Part shown: piece by piece, positions 55,738-64,000 of the stretch
Layout of the letters: the number at the start of each line of letters is the position of its first letter
Numbering within the stretch: position 1 is the first letter of the stretch
Assembly (NCBI GenBank): GCA_038046625.1
Contig: JBBSVV010000003.1
Location: 8,993-72,992, forward strand
DNA from: an archaeon
GTDB lineage: Archaea; Iainarchaeota; Iainarchaeia; Iainarchaeales; Iainarchaeaceae
Length of the DNA stretch: 64,000 nt
Reading direction: 5' to 3'
The notes under the pieces: model-generated
Told to the model about the DNA's origin: nothing
Databases searched by the model: none
The model's input: the letters and a program-made list of their open reading frames with translations, nothing else
Made by a program: the position numbers and the translations under genes

Positions 55738-56211
55738 GTGGAGGTGCTTGACAAGATTGACCACAAGATTATCCAGTTGCTTCTCGAGGATGGGCGCGCG
55801 TCGTTCAGCACAATTGCAAAGGACGTGAAGCTCACGGATGTCGCGATAAAGAAGCGTTTCGAGCGCCTCAAGAGGCGCGGCGTGATTACCGCGATTTCCG
55901 CGGATTTGAACCTCAGGGCCCTTGGCTATGAAAACCCGATTTTTGTCCAGATAAGGAGCGAGCTCTCGAAGAACAAGGATGTCGTGAAAAAGCTCAAAGA
56001 GCTGGATTACATACTCGAGCTGCATCAGGTTCTCGGCGAATACAACCTTGTCGCGAAAATTGTTGTTCCCGACCTTGATTCCGCGGAAAAGTTTGTGGAG
56101 CGCCTCGGAACCATTGACGGCGTTCTCGACATCAAAACCCTTGTCGTGATTTCCGAAGTGAAAAAGTCAAAGTCGCTTCCTTCATTTTCATTCCAGAAGA
56201 AGCTCGCGTGA
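55738..56211 (+). CDS. Lrp/AsnC transcriptional regulator
   Basis: LDKIDHKIIQLLLEDGRASFSTIA, VLGEYNL. Confidence 0.93.
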   Translation: MEVLDKIDHKIIQLLLEDGRASFSTIAKDVKLTDVAIKKRFERLKRRGVITAISADLNLRALGYENPIFVQIRSELSKNKDVVKKLKELDYILELHQVLGEYNLVAKIVVPDLDSAEKFVERLGTIDGVLDIKTLVVISEVKKSKSLPSFSFQKKLA

Positions 56212-56289
56212 GATTTTGAATTCAGTTTTTTTGTGGTTCTTTTAAAAATTTGTTGATGCCACAAATCTTCTTTATTTGGGTCGGGGTGA

Positions 56290-58380
56290 TTGGCTTTGCT
56301 GAAAATGATTATTGCGGAAAAGGCAATTGCCGGGCAGACAATTGCCTCGATTCTCGCGGGCAAAAGCGTTGCCGCCTCGAGCGTTGGCTCGGCGCAGGCA
56401 TTCCGGTTCAAGGCAAACGGAAATGACTGCATTGTTTTTCCCCTGCGCGGCCACATAAGCGATGTCGAGTTCCCAAAGAAGTACAGTTACTGGGTCGGCA
56501 CGGATTTGAAGAAGCTGCTTCACGCCGAAATAGAGTACGCGGGAAAGGAAACCGCAATCATTGCCGGCCTGAAGGGCATTGCAAAGGAATGTGATGAGGT
56601 AATTATTGCGACCGATGCCGACCGCGAGGGCGAAAGCATAGGCGTCGAGGCCCTGAATTACCTGAAAGAGGCTAACCCCAAAATAAAATTCAAGCGCGCC
56701 TATTTCTCCGCAATCACAAAGAAGGACATTGACAAGGCATTTTCAAGCCTCTCTGAGGTTGACTATAATTTCGCTGATTCCGCGGACTCGCGGCGCGAAA
56801 TAGATTTGATTTGGGGCGCCGTGCTCACGAGATTCATTTCCCTTGTTTCGGGGAAGCTTGGCAAGGATTATTTGAGTGTTGGCCGCGTCCAGACGCCCAC
56901 GCTTGCAATCATAGTAAATAGGGAGAAGGAGCGCCTTGCATTCAAGGTGAAGCCGTACTGGGAGGTGCTCGCGCACTTCAAAAAGGATTCCATTGCCTTT
57001 GTTGCCGGGCACAAGAACGGGAAGTTCTGGGCAAAGGATGGGGCGGAAAAAATTGCGAAGCTCAAGGTCCGGTTCGGAATTGTAAAATCCATCAAGAGTT
57101 CCAGGCGCACTTTAAGCAGGCCCACTCCTTTCAATACAACTGATTTTCTGAGGCAGGCGACCACACTCGGTTTTTCCGCGAGCCAGGCAATGGAGATTGC
57201 CGAAGGCCTGTACCAGCAGGGCTTCACTTCCTATCCGAGAACGGATAACACGGTTTATTCCGCAACCCTTGACTTAAAGGAAATTCTTTCGGAAATGGCG
57301 AAGGTTCCCGAATTTTCGAAGGATGCAAACGCATTTCTCGCCAAGGGCGTGCTGAATCCTTCGCGCGGAAAAAAGGAAACCACGGACCACCCTCCGATAC
57401 ACCCGGTTACCGCGGCACCGAAATCGAAGCTTAGCGAGAGGCAGTGGAAAATTTATGAATTGATTGTGAGGCGCTTCTTTGCAACTCTTAGTGAAGATGC
57501 GGTCACTGAAAACATGGCCGTTGACATTGATGTTGAGAAAGAGCCGTTTGTTGCGCACGGCCAGAAGATTGTGAAAGCCGGCTGGAAGGACGTTTATCCG
57601 TACTCGGGCATTTCAGAAGTTTTTTTGCCTCCGCTTTCCGAGGGTGAAAAGGTCGGGCTTGAAAAGCTTGATTTGCTTTCAAAGGAAACCCAGCCGCCTT
57701 CACGCTACAGCGAATCAACACTCATAAAGCTGATGGAGGACCTTGGCATTGGCACGAAGAGCACGAGGCACACGATAATACAGAAGCTCTTCGCGAGGCA
57801 TTACATAATGGGGAGCAAGGCAATTGAGCCGAACAAAATAGCGTTTGCGGTTGTGGATGCGCTTGAAAAGAACGAGGTGGCTGCGGTAAAGCCTGAGATG
57901 ACCGCCGAACTGGAAAAGGAAATGGACCAGATTGCGGCGGGCAAGAAAACAAAGGCCGAGGTGGTAGAGGGATCGCGGGAACTTTTGGGAAAAATACTTG
58001 AAAGGATGCTTGAGAACAAGGATAAAATCGGTTCGCATTTGAGGGAAGCGTTGCGTGAGGACTCGATTGTCGGCAAGTGTGACAAATGCGGCGGCCAATT
58101 GAGGATGCTAATGAGCAGGAACAAGAAGCGCTTCCTCGGCTGCACTAATTATCCGAAGTGCACGAACACTTATCCGTTGCCGCAGAAGGGGAAAATTGTT
58201 CCCACAAGCAACTTGTGCGGGAAATGCGGAACCCCGGTCATAAAGGTTTTTGGGCAAAGGTACCGGTTTGAAATGTGCGTGAACCCGAACTGTGAAACCA
58301 AGGCACAGTGGAAGGCGCAGAAGGAAAAGGCTGCGGCAGCAAAAGAAAATAAAATCGAGGGTGCGCAAACTGTTTCGTGA
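56290..58380 (+). CDS. topA: Type IA DNA topoisomerase
   Basis: IAEK, ATDADREGE, SVGRVQTPTL, SYPRTD, GIGTKSTR, C-terminal zinc ribbons. Confidence 0.96.
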   Translation: MALLKMIIAEKAIAGQTIASILAGKSVAASSVGSAQAFRFKANGNDCIVFPLRGHISDVEFPKKYSYWVGTDLKKLLHAEIEYAGKETAIIAGLKGIAKECDEVIIATDADREGESIGVEALNYLKEANPKIKFKRAYFSAITKKDIDKAFSSLSEVDYNFADSADSRREIDLIWGAVLTRFISLVSGKLGKDYLSVGRVQTPTLAIIVNREKERLAFKVKPYWEVLAHFKKDSIAFVAGHKNGKFWAKDGAEKIAKLKVRFGIVKSIKSSRRTLSRPTPFNTTDFLRQATTLGFSASQAMEIAEGLYQQGFTSYPRTDNTVYSATLDLKEILSEMAKVPEFSKDANAFLAKGVLNPSRGKKETTDHPPIHPVTAAPKSKLSERQWKIYELIVRRFFATLSEDAVTENMAVDIDVEKEPFVAHGQKIVKAGWKDVYPYSGISEVFLPPLSEGEKVGLEKLDLLSKETQPPSRYSESTLIKLMEDLGIGTKSTRHTIIQKLFARHYIMGSKAIEPNKIAFAVVDALEKNEVAAVKPEMTAELEKEMDQIAAGKKTKAEVVEGSRELLGKILERMLENKDKIGSHLREALREDSIVGKCDKCGGQLRMLMSRNKKRFLGCTNYPKCTNTYPLPQKGKIVPTSNLCGKCGTPVIKVFGQRYRFEMCVNPNCETKAQWKAQKEKAAAAKENKIEGAQTVS

Positions 58381-58744
58381 ACAACCAAAAATAATCTGCT
58401 GCCTTCATGCGTGGGCAATTCACATAAAAATTTTTATTGCAGCAAACCAATAAAGTAATTCGGCGGATTTTCAGCGTGTACCTTATTTCTGAAAAATCGG
58501 TTTCTGCAAAATCTTTTTTAGGATTGGAGTTGGGAACGGGGTTCTTTTTTTCTTCAATTAGCTTGGTGAGCCTAACCCCGCTCCAAACTTGTTTGGTTGG
58601 ATTCACTTTTTAGGATTGGATCCCCCCGGATTTTCTGTCCAAACTAATAAGGTGCCGTCCAGCTTTTTATAAATTCGTTGAATTTGGCTGTGAGTTTTGT
58701 ATACTGATTATTAAATTGAATGTACTTTTGGTATATTGTTGTTC

Positions 58745-59293
58745 ATGTCTTCTGTAATGCGCTTGGATGATGAAATCAGGCTCAAAATTCTCTCCGCCCT
58801 GCTCAAACAAAATTCGGTTTCCCCGAACATCAGGCAGCTGCAGCGCTACACGGGCTACCACAAGGCAACCATAAAGTCCTCGCTGGATTTCCTTTCGAAG
58901 GAGGGCTTGCTCATGGGCTTTGGGCCTAAATTTGATTTCCAGAAGTTCGGGTACAGGCTCGAGGTGCTGAGCTTTTTCCAGGCCGACCTCACTCAGAAGG
59001 GGCTTTTCGCAAAATTTTTGGCGGAGGCAAAGAAAGACCCGAACATTTACTTCCTTTCAGGAGTTGTCGGCTCGGGCAACTGGAACATAATGGCGAGGCA
59101 CATGTACAGGGACATCGAGTCTTATCACAGGGAGGTGAACGCAAAGTACTTTGAAAAGATTCCCGGCATGCACGACCTCATGAAGGGAAGGGAAATTTTT
59201 TACGTGACCGAACCGTTCTACAAGCTCGCCTCGAGAACTGATTCGCTGGTTGAGCTGGTGAGAAAATCCAAGGGTGTTGAAAATGAGGGTTGA
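58745..59293 (+). CDS. Divergent Lrp/AsnC-like regulator
   Basis: LDDEIRLKILSALL HTH, FQKFGY, VGSGNWNI RAM-like domain. Confidence 0.8.
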   Translation: MSSVMRLDDEIRLKILSALLKQNSVSPNIRQLQRYTGYHKATIKSSLDFLSKEGLLMGFGPKFDFQKFGYRLEVLSFFQADLTQKGLFAKFLAEAKKDPNIYFLSGVVGSGNWNIMARHMYRDIESYHREVNAKYFEKIPGMHDLMKGREIFYVTEPFYKLASRTDSLVELVRKSKGVENEG

Positions 59294-60083
59294 AATAAGC
59301 ATGGGCAAAACAATCCGCGAAAATGCCGACTCTTATTATGAGCTCGCAAAAAAGGCCAGGAAAAAACTGGCTGGGCTGGGCAAGGGCGAGCAGGAACTGC
59401 GCAAAAAAATACTTGCGGGAAAGGCCTCTGCCACGGAAAAAAAAGTCGCGCATGCGAGGAAAAGGGAAAAGAAGTGGTTTGAAAAGTTTCACTGGTTTTT
59501 CACGAGCGAAGGTTTCCTTGTGATCGGCGGGAGGGACGCCAAGAGCAACGAGGTCGTGGTGAAAAAGAATGCGGAGAAGAACGACGTTTATTTTCATGCC
59601 GACATTCACGGCGCGCCGCATGTTGTTCTGAAAACCGCGGGAAAAAAGCCGGGTGAAAAGTCTTTGGCGGAATCCGCGGTTTTTGCGGCGGTTTTTTCCA
59701 AGGCGTGGGATTCGCAATTGGCTGCGGTTGACGTTTACTCGGCATCCCCGGAACAGGTTTCCAAGAGCGCGCCCTCGGGTGAATCAATTGGCACGGGCGC
59801 TTTCATGGTTTATGGCGAGAGGAAGTGGTTCAGGAAAACCCCGCTGAAATTTGCGGTCGGGGCAAAAAAAGGGGCGGATTCTTTCGGGCTTATTTCCGGG
59901 CCTTTGGATGCGGTGAAAGCCAATTCTGATTTTTTTGTGGAAATTGTTTTCGGCGCCCTTTCGAAAGGTGATGCGGGAAAAATGCTGAAGAAGCGCTTTG
60001 AGGCGCGGTTCGGGGTTTCTGTTTCCCTTGATGAAATAGTTTCTTTGCTGCCGAACGGCACAATGCGTTTGGCCACACCTTAG
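59283..60083 (+). CDS. NFACT RNA-binding domain protein (C-terminal part of Rqc2/RqcH)
   Basis: [48 protein letters not shown]. Confidence 0.9.
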   Translation: MRVEISMGKTIRENADSYYELAKKARKKLAGLGKGEQELRKKILAGKASATEKKVAHARKREKKWFEKFHWFFTSEGFLVIGGRDAKSNEVVVKKNAEKNDVYFHADIHGAPHVVLKTAGKKPGEKSLAESAVFAAVFSKAWDSQLAAVDVYSASPEQVSKSAPSGESIGTGAFMVYGERKWFRKTPLKFAVGAKKGADSFGLISGPLDAVKANSDFFVEIVFGALSKGDAGKMLKKRFEARFGVSVSLDEIVSLLPNGTMRLATP

Positions 60084-60129
60084 CGGCGACGAGATAGCTT
60101 ATTATTTGTTTCATAAGATTTTTTCTTGT

Positions 60130-63100
60130 ATGATCAGCAAGCCCAAAAAGCAGATTTCGCTGCGCGTTGAGGATCCTGACCCTTCACATGTCGGCAGGAA
60201 CATCATTACCCTGGACAGGAAGAGCAAGGAGGAACTTGGCGTTACTTCAGGTGACATTGTGGAGGTTCAGGGTTCGCAAAAAACCGCCGCGGTCATCTGG
60301 CCTGCACGCCAGGAGGATGAGGAAAAGGGCCTGATAAGGATGGATAATCTCATCAGGCGGAATGCCGGCGTTGCTTTGGGCGACAAGGTTCTCGTGCGCA
60401 GGGCGGAGTTTGCCGAGGCAAAGCGCGTTGTCCTGGCGCCGACGCAGGACGTGCGCATAATAGCTTCCGGTTACGACAGGATACTCAAAAAGAATTTCAT
60501 AGGGAGGCCCCTGACAAAAGGGGATAGTGTGTGGATAAGCGTTTTCGGTTCGGGATTTGTTTACCAGGTTGTTGATACCAATCCCCGCGGAATAGTCAAG
60601 GTCACGGATTTCACGCAGTTCATTCTGCGCGAGGAGCCCGTCAAGGACGGGGTTTCGGGAATTCCAAAAATCGCGTACGAGGACATCGGGGGAATGGATG
60701 AGGAGATCAGGAGGGTGAGGGAAATGATTGAGCATCCGATGAAGCATCCGGAGATTTTTAGGAAGCTCGGCATCAATCCCCCGAAAGGCGTGCTGCTTTA
60801 TGGCCCCCCGGGAACCGGAAAAACTTTGCTTGCAAAGGCGGTTGCCAACGAAACCCAGGCCCATTTCATTCCCATCTCTTCGCCTTCCATTATGAGCAAG
60901 TTTGTGGGCGAGGCGGAGGAACGCATCCGCGAAGTTTTCAAGGAGGCGGAGAAGAATGCGCCTTCAATAATTTTCTTTGACGAGATTGATGCAATCGCGC
61001 CTAAAAGGGACGAGGTTGTGGGCGAGGTTGAGAGGCGCGTTGTTGCGCAGATTCTCAGTGCAATGGATGGCATGGAGGCGCGCGGGCAGGTTATTGTAAT
61101 CGGCGCAACGAACCGCGTGAACAGCATTGATGAGGCATTGAGAAGGCCGGGCCGCTTTGACAGGGAAATCGAGATTGGGGTTCCTTCAAAAGAGGGCCGG
61201 CTCAAGATTCTGCAGATTCACACGCGCGGAATGCCGATTAGCCCTCCGATGGATTACCTGCAGATTGACAAGGCAATAAAAAATCTCAAGGGCAATGAGG
61301 GTGCCGTGAGGAAAATCAGGGAAATTCTGGCTAGGCTGCAGGAAGTAAAGTCCGAAGAGCGGCAGAAGTGGCTTTCCAATCTTGCCGAAAACGAGCGCAA
61401 TGAAGTGATTAGCGTGATGCTGAACCTTTTTCTTGATGACCTGGCCAGCAAGCTGCACGGTTTTGTTGGCGCGGACCTGGAGGCGCTTGCAAAGGAATCT
61501 GCAATGAAGGCGCTCAGGCGTTACTCGGACGAAATAGACTGGGAAGAGGAGACCATTCCTGCCGAAGTTCTTGAGCGGCTCGAGGTGAATAAAGACGATT
61601 TTTTTGACGCCATGAAGGACGTGCATCCTTCCGCCCTGCGTGAGGTTGCAATCGAGGTGCCGAACATAAAGTGGAGTGACATCGGTGGCCTTGAGAAGCT
61701 CAAGGAGGAGCTGAAGCAGGCTGTAGAGTGGCCGTTGAGGAATCCCGAGAGCTTCCAGAAGATGGGCATCAGGCCTCCGCGTGGCATTCTGCTTTATGGG
61801 CCTCCGGGCTGCGGAAAGACCGCGATTGCGAAGGCCATTGCGACGGAATCCGAGGCGAATTTCATCAGCATCAAAGGGCCGCAATTAGTCAGCATGTGGG
61901 TGGGCGAAAGCCTGCCTTATGATGAGGAACTGCTTGTCTTTGATGGCAAAAACATTTTCAGGGAAAAAATAGGCAGGATTGTCGAGGAAAGGCTTGACCT
62001 TAAGGTAGTGACTTTCGACGCTGATGGAAAGGCCCTGTTTTCCGAAATAAAAGATTTCATGAAGCATAAGCTTCACGGAAAGATGCTTGAAGTGAAAACT
62101 AGGACTGGTAGGAACATAAGGGTCACTGACAAGCACTCGTTGTTTACTCTTGTGGATTCTGAAATACAGTCCGTTGCAACAGCCAATCTCATTCCAGGCG
62201 AAAGCGTCATTGCCATTCCCTCAAAGATACCGAACATCGATTCGAACCTCACAGAAATAAATTTGTTCGATTTTTTCAGTGAAGACCACGGTTATGTACT
62301 GCATAACGTTTCCGCCAACCTTGCAAAAGCCGTTGAGGAGTTTGGTTTGGGCGAGGTTTCTTCCATGCTAAAAATTTCAAAAAAATATTTGTCAGATATA
62401 CGCGGAAAAAACCTTTCCATTTCAGCAAAAAGTTTCCGTTCATTGATTGATAAGGGGTTCAAGCAGGATTTCTCCGGTGTAACCATTGGAGTCAAGGGTG
62501 CGAGAAATCGCCTGCCAATCATAATAAATGTTGATGCTGCTTTCTGCAGGCTGCTGGGGTTGTTCATTGCGGAAGGCGACTTCAATAGGGAGGTCGTGAG
62601 AATAACAAATGCGAATGAGGAAATAAGGAAAGACATTGCAAAAACCCTTTTCTGTTTGGGGCTGCCGGCAACTTTCACCGACACTACTATTGTGGTTAAC
62701 TCCTACATTTTCAAGCGGGTACTGGAAAAAGTGTTCGGCCTCGAGACTGGCGCTTTCAACAAAAAGGTTCCGCGTTTCCTATTTTCAGGCTCCAATGCAC
62801 AGGCATGCGGCTTCCTCAAGGGTTATTTCAGCGGCGACGGCTCGATAAGCAGAAGCGAGAGAAGGTATGTGATTGAGGCTTCTACTGTAAGCGTGGAACT
62901 CGCCAATGACCTGCTTTACCTGCTGCTCAAGCTTGGCATCGTTGCCTCGCACGGGGAAAAGAAAGAATGGAGTGGCAGCACAAGCCACAGAATCCAAATT
63001 TTCGGCGTGGATAACTTCAGGAAATTCCTTTCCATAGGTTTCATTGACTCAAGAAGAGATTCATTGGTCTCCAAATACATTGGGGAAAAGGCCTGGTCCC

Positions 63101-63975
63101 GCAGCAACACAATCCCGATTAATGATAAAATACAAAACGCCCTTACACAGGCTTTCGGCTCCTATCCAAAGAACGCCTCTATCGGCATAAGGAAGCTCGG
63201 GGAAGCCCTGAGCATTGTCGATGTTTCCAAAACGAAGTACGCTTCACTCTGGAGGCTCATTGAATCCGATATTTACTGGGACGTGGTTGAGGAAATAAAT
63301 GAATTGAATCATGAAGGTGCTGTTTATGATATTGCGGTGGAGCCATGCCAGAATTTTGTCGCCGGCTTCGGCGGGATATTTGCGCATAACAGCGAACGCG
63401 GAATAAGGAAGGTTTTCCAGCGCGCCCGCCAGGTTTCCCCTGTAATAGTTTTCTTTGACGAGATTGACAGCATTGCCTCGAGAAGGGGTGCGAACGGAGA
63501 TTCGGGAGTGAACGAGCGCATGGTTAACCAGCTGCTTACCGAGCTTGACGGAATCGAGGAGTTGAAGGGCGTTGTTTTCATTGCCGCAACCAACAGGCCC
63601 GACCTTCTTGACCCGGCGCTTCTGAGGCCCGGCAGGATAGACAAGATAATTAAGGTTCCTGCCCCTGACGTTGAAGCGAGAAAGGCGATATTGAGGATTC
63701 ACTCCAGGAACGTTCCTCTCGCGAAGAGCGTTTCCTTGGATGATATTGCGCACAAGACCGAGGGATATAGCGGCGCGGATCTCGAGGCGCTGATAAGGGA
63801 GAGCGCTTTGATTGCCTTGGCGGAATCCAATTTCAAGGCTTCGGAGATAAGGCTTTTGCACATTGAGGAAGCAATGAAGAAGATGGTGCCTTCGGTTACC
63901 AAGGAAACCAACGAGGCTTATGATGCGTTCAGGAATTCGATTTCACAGGTGTTCAGGCCTTCGTATGTGCGATGA
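60130..63975 (+). CDS. cdc48: CDC48/VCP AAA+ ATPase containing an intein
   Basis: Two AAA domains ([28 protein letters not shown]). Confidence 0.96.
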   Translation: MISKPKKQISLRVEDPDPSHVGRNIITLDRKSKEELGVTSGDIVEVQGSQKTAAVIWPARQEDEEKGLIRMDNLIRRNAGVALGDKVLVRRAEFAEAKRVVLAPTQDVRIIASGYDRILKKNFIGRPLTKGDSVWISVFGSGFVYQVVDTNPRGIVKVTDFTQFILREEPVKDGVSGIPKIAYEDIGGMDEEIRRVREMIEHPMKHPEIFRKLGINPPKGVLLYGPPGTGKTLLAKAVANETQAHFIPISSPSIMSKFVGEAEERIREVFKEAEKNAPSIIFFDEIDAIAPKRDEVVGEVERRVVAQILSAMDGMEARGQVIVIGATNRVNSIDEALRRPGRFDREIEIGVPSKEGRLKILQIHTRGMPISPPMDYLQIDKAIKNLKGNEGAVRKIREILARLQEVKSEERQKWLSNLAENERNEVISVMLNLFLDDLASKLHGFVGADLEALAKESAMKALRRYSDEIDWEEETIPAEVLERLEVNKDDFFDAMKDVHPSALREVAIEVPNIKWSDIGGLEKLKEELKQAVEWPLRNPESFQKMGIRPPRGILLYGPPGCGKTAIAKAIATESEANFISIKGPQLVSMWVGESLPYDEELLVFDGKNIFREKIGRIVEERLDLKVVTFDADGKALFSEIKDFMKHKLHGKMLEVKTRTGRNIRVTDKHSLFTLVDSEIQSVATANLIPGESVIAIPSKIPNIDSNLTEINLFDFFSEDHGYVLHNVSANLAKAVEEFGLGEVSSMLKISKKYLSDIRGKNLSISAKSFRSLIDKGFKQDFSGVTIGVKGARNRLPIIINVDAAFCRLLGLFIAEGDFNREVVRITNANEEIRKDIAKTLFCLGLPATFTDTTIVVNSYIFKRVLEKVFGLETGAFNKKVPRFLFSGSNAQACGFLKGYFSGDGSISRSERRYVIEASTVSVELANDLLYLLLKLGIVASHGEKKEWSGSTSHRIQIFGVDNFRKFLSIGFIDSRRDSLVSKYIGEKAWSRSNTIPINDKIQNALTQAFGSYPKNASIGIRKLGEALSIVDVSKTKYASLWRLIESDIYWDVVEEINELNHEGAVYDIAVEPCQNFVAGFGGIFAHNSERGIRKVFQRARQVSPVIVFFDEIDSIASRRGANGDSGVNERMVNQLLTELDGIEELKGVVFIAATNRPDLLDPALLRPGRIDKIIKVPAPDVEARKAILRIHSRNVPLAKSVSLDDIAHKTEGYSGADLEALIRESALIALAESNFKASEIRLLHIEEAMKKMVPSVTKETNEAYDAFRNSISQVFRPSYVR
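61909..63390 (+). mobile_element. Intein with LAGLIDADG endonuclease in CDC48 D2 (494 aa)
   Basis: Starts [32 protein letters not shown], ends GIFAHN before a +1 Ser; removal restores WVGE/SER. Confidence 0.95.
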
Positions 63976-64000
63976 TAGCATAACTATTGAGCAGCAGCGA

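Noticed and set aside
1..64000. CRISPR array, cas genes, diversity-generating retroelement, integrase or transposase
   Set aside because: No regularly spaced repeat-spacer array and no such protein motifs found; the duplicated gene ends do not show adenine-specific variation

Overview
Archaeal chromosomal segment. The gene content (DnaG, Hjc, NurA/HerA/Rad50, Rpo6, S17e, aEF-1beta, archaeal CCA enzyme, Taw3, Elp3, Pelota, ABCE1, Nre, RFC, CDC48) and compact layout suggest a DPANN lineage, possibly Iainarchaeota/Diapherotrites; that placement is inference only. It carries a large type IV pilus locus with nine class III signal-peptide proteins, two type II toxin-antitoxin pairs, three LAGLIDADG inteins (HerA, pilus ATPase, CDC48), an apparently inactivated PolB and an apparently inactivated class III ribonucleotide reductase. 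The most unusual signal is a recurring architecture: an insertion near the end of a conserved gene, where that end is present twice and the protein-coding copies differ largely at synonymous sites. It is seen at tRNA-Arg (cargo: free-standing LAGLIDADG endonuclease), pth2 (cargo: RHH-MazF pair), ABCE1, the prepilin peptidase and a membrane-protein gene. In the last three cases the cargo is a dispersed, covarying two-hairpin element, present about nine times in the window. No transposase, reverse transcriptase or CRISPR array was found. All calls come from motif recognition by eye; no database search was run.
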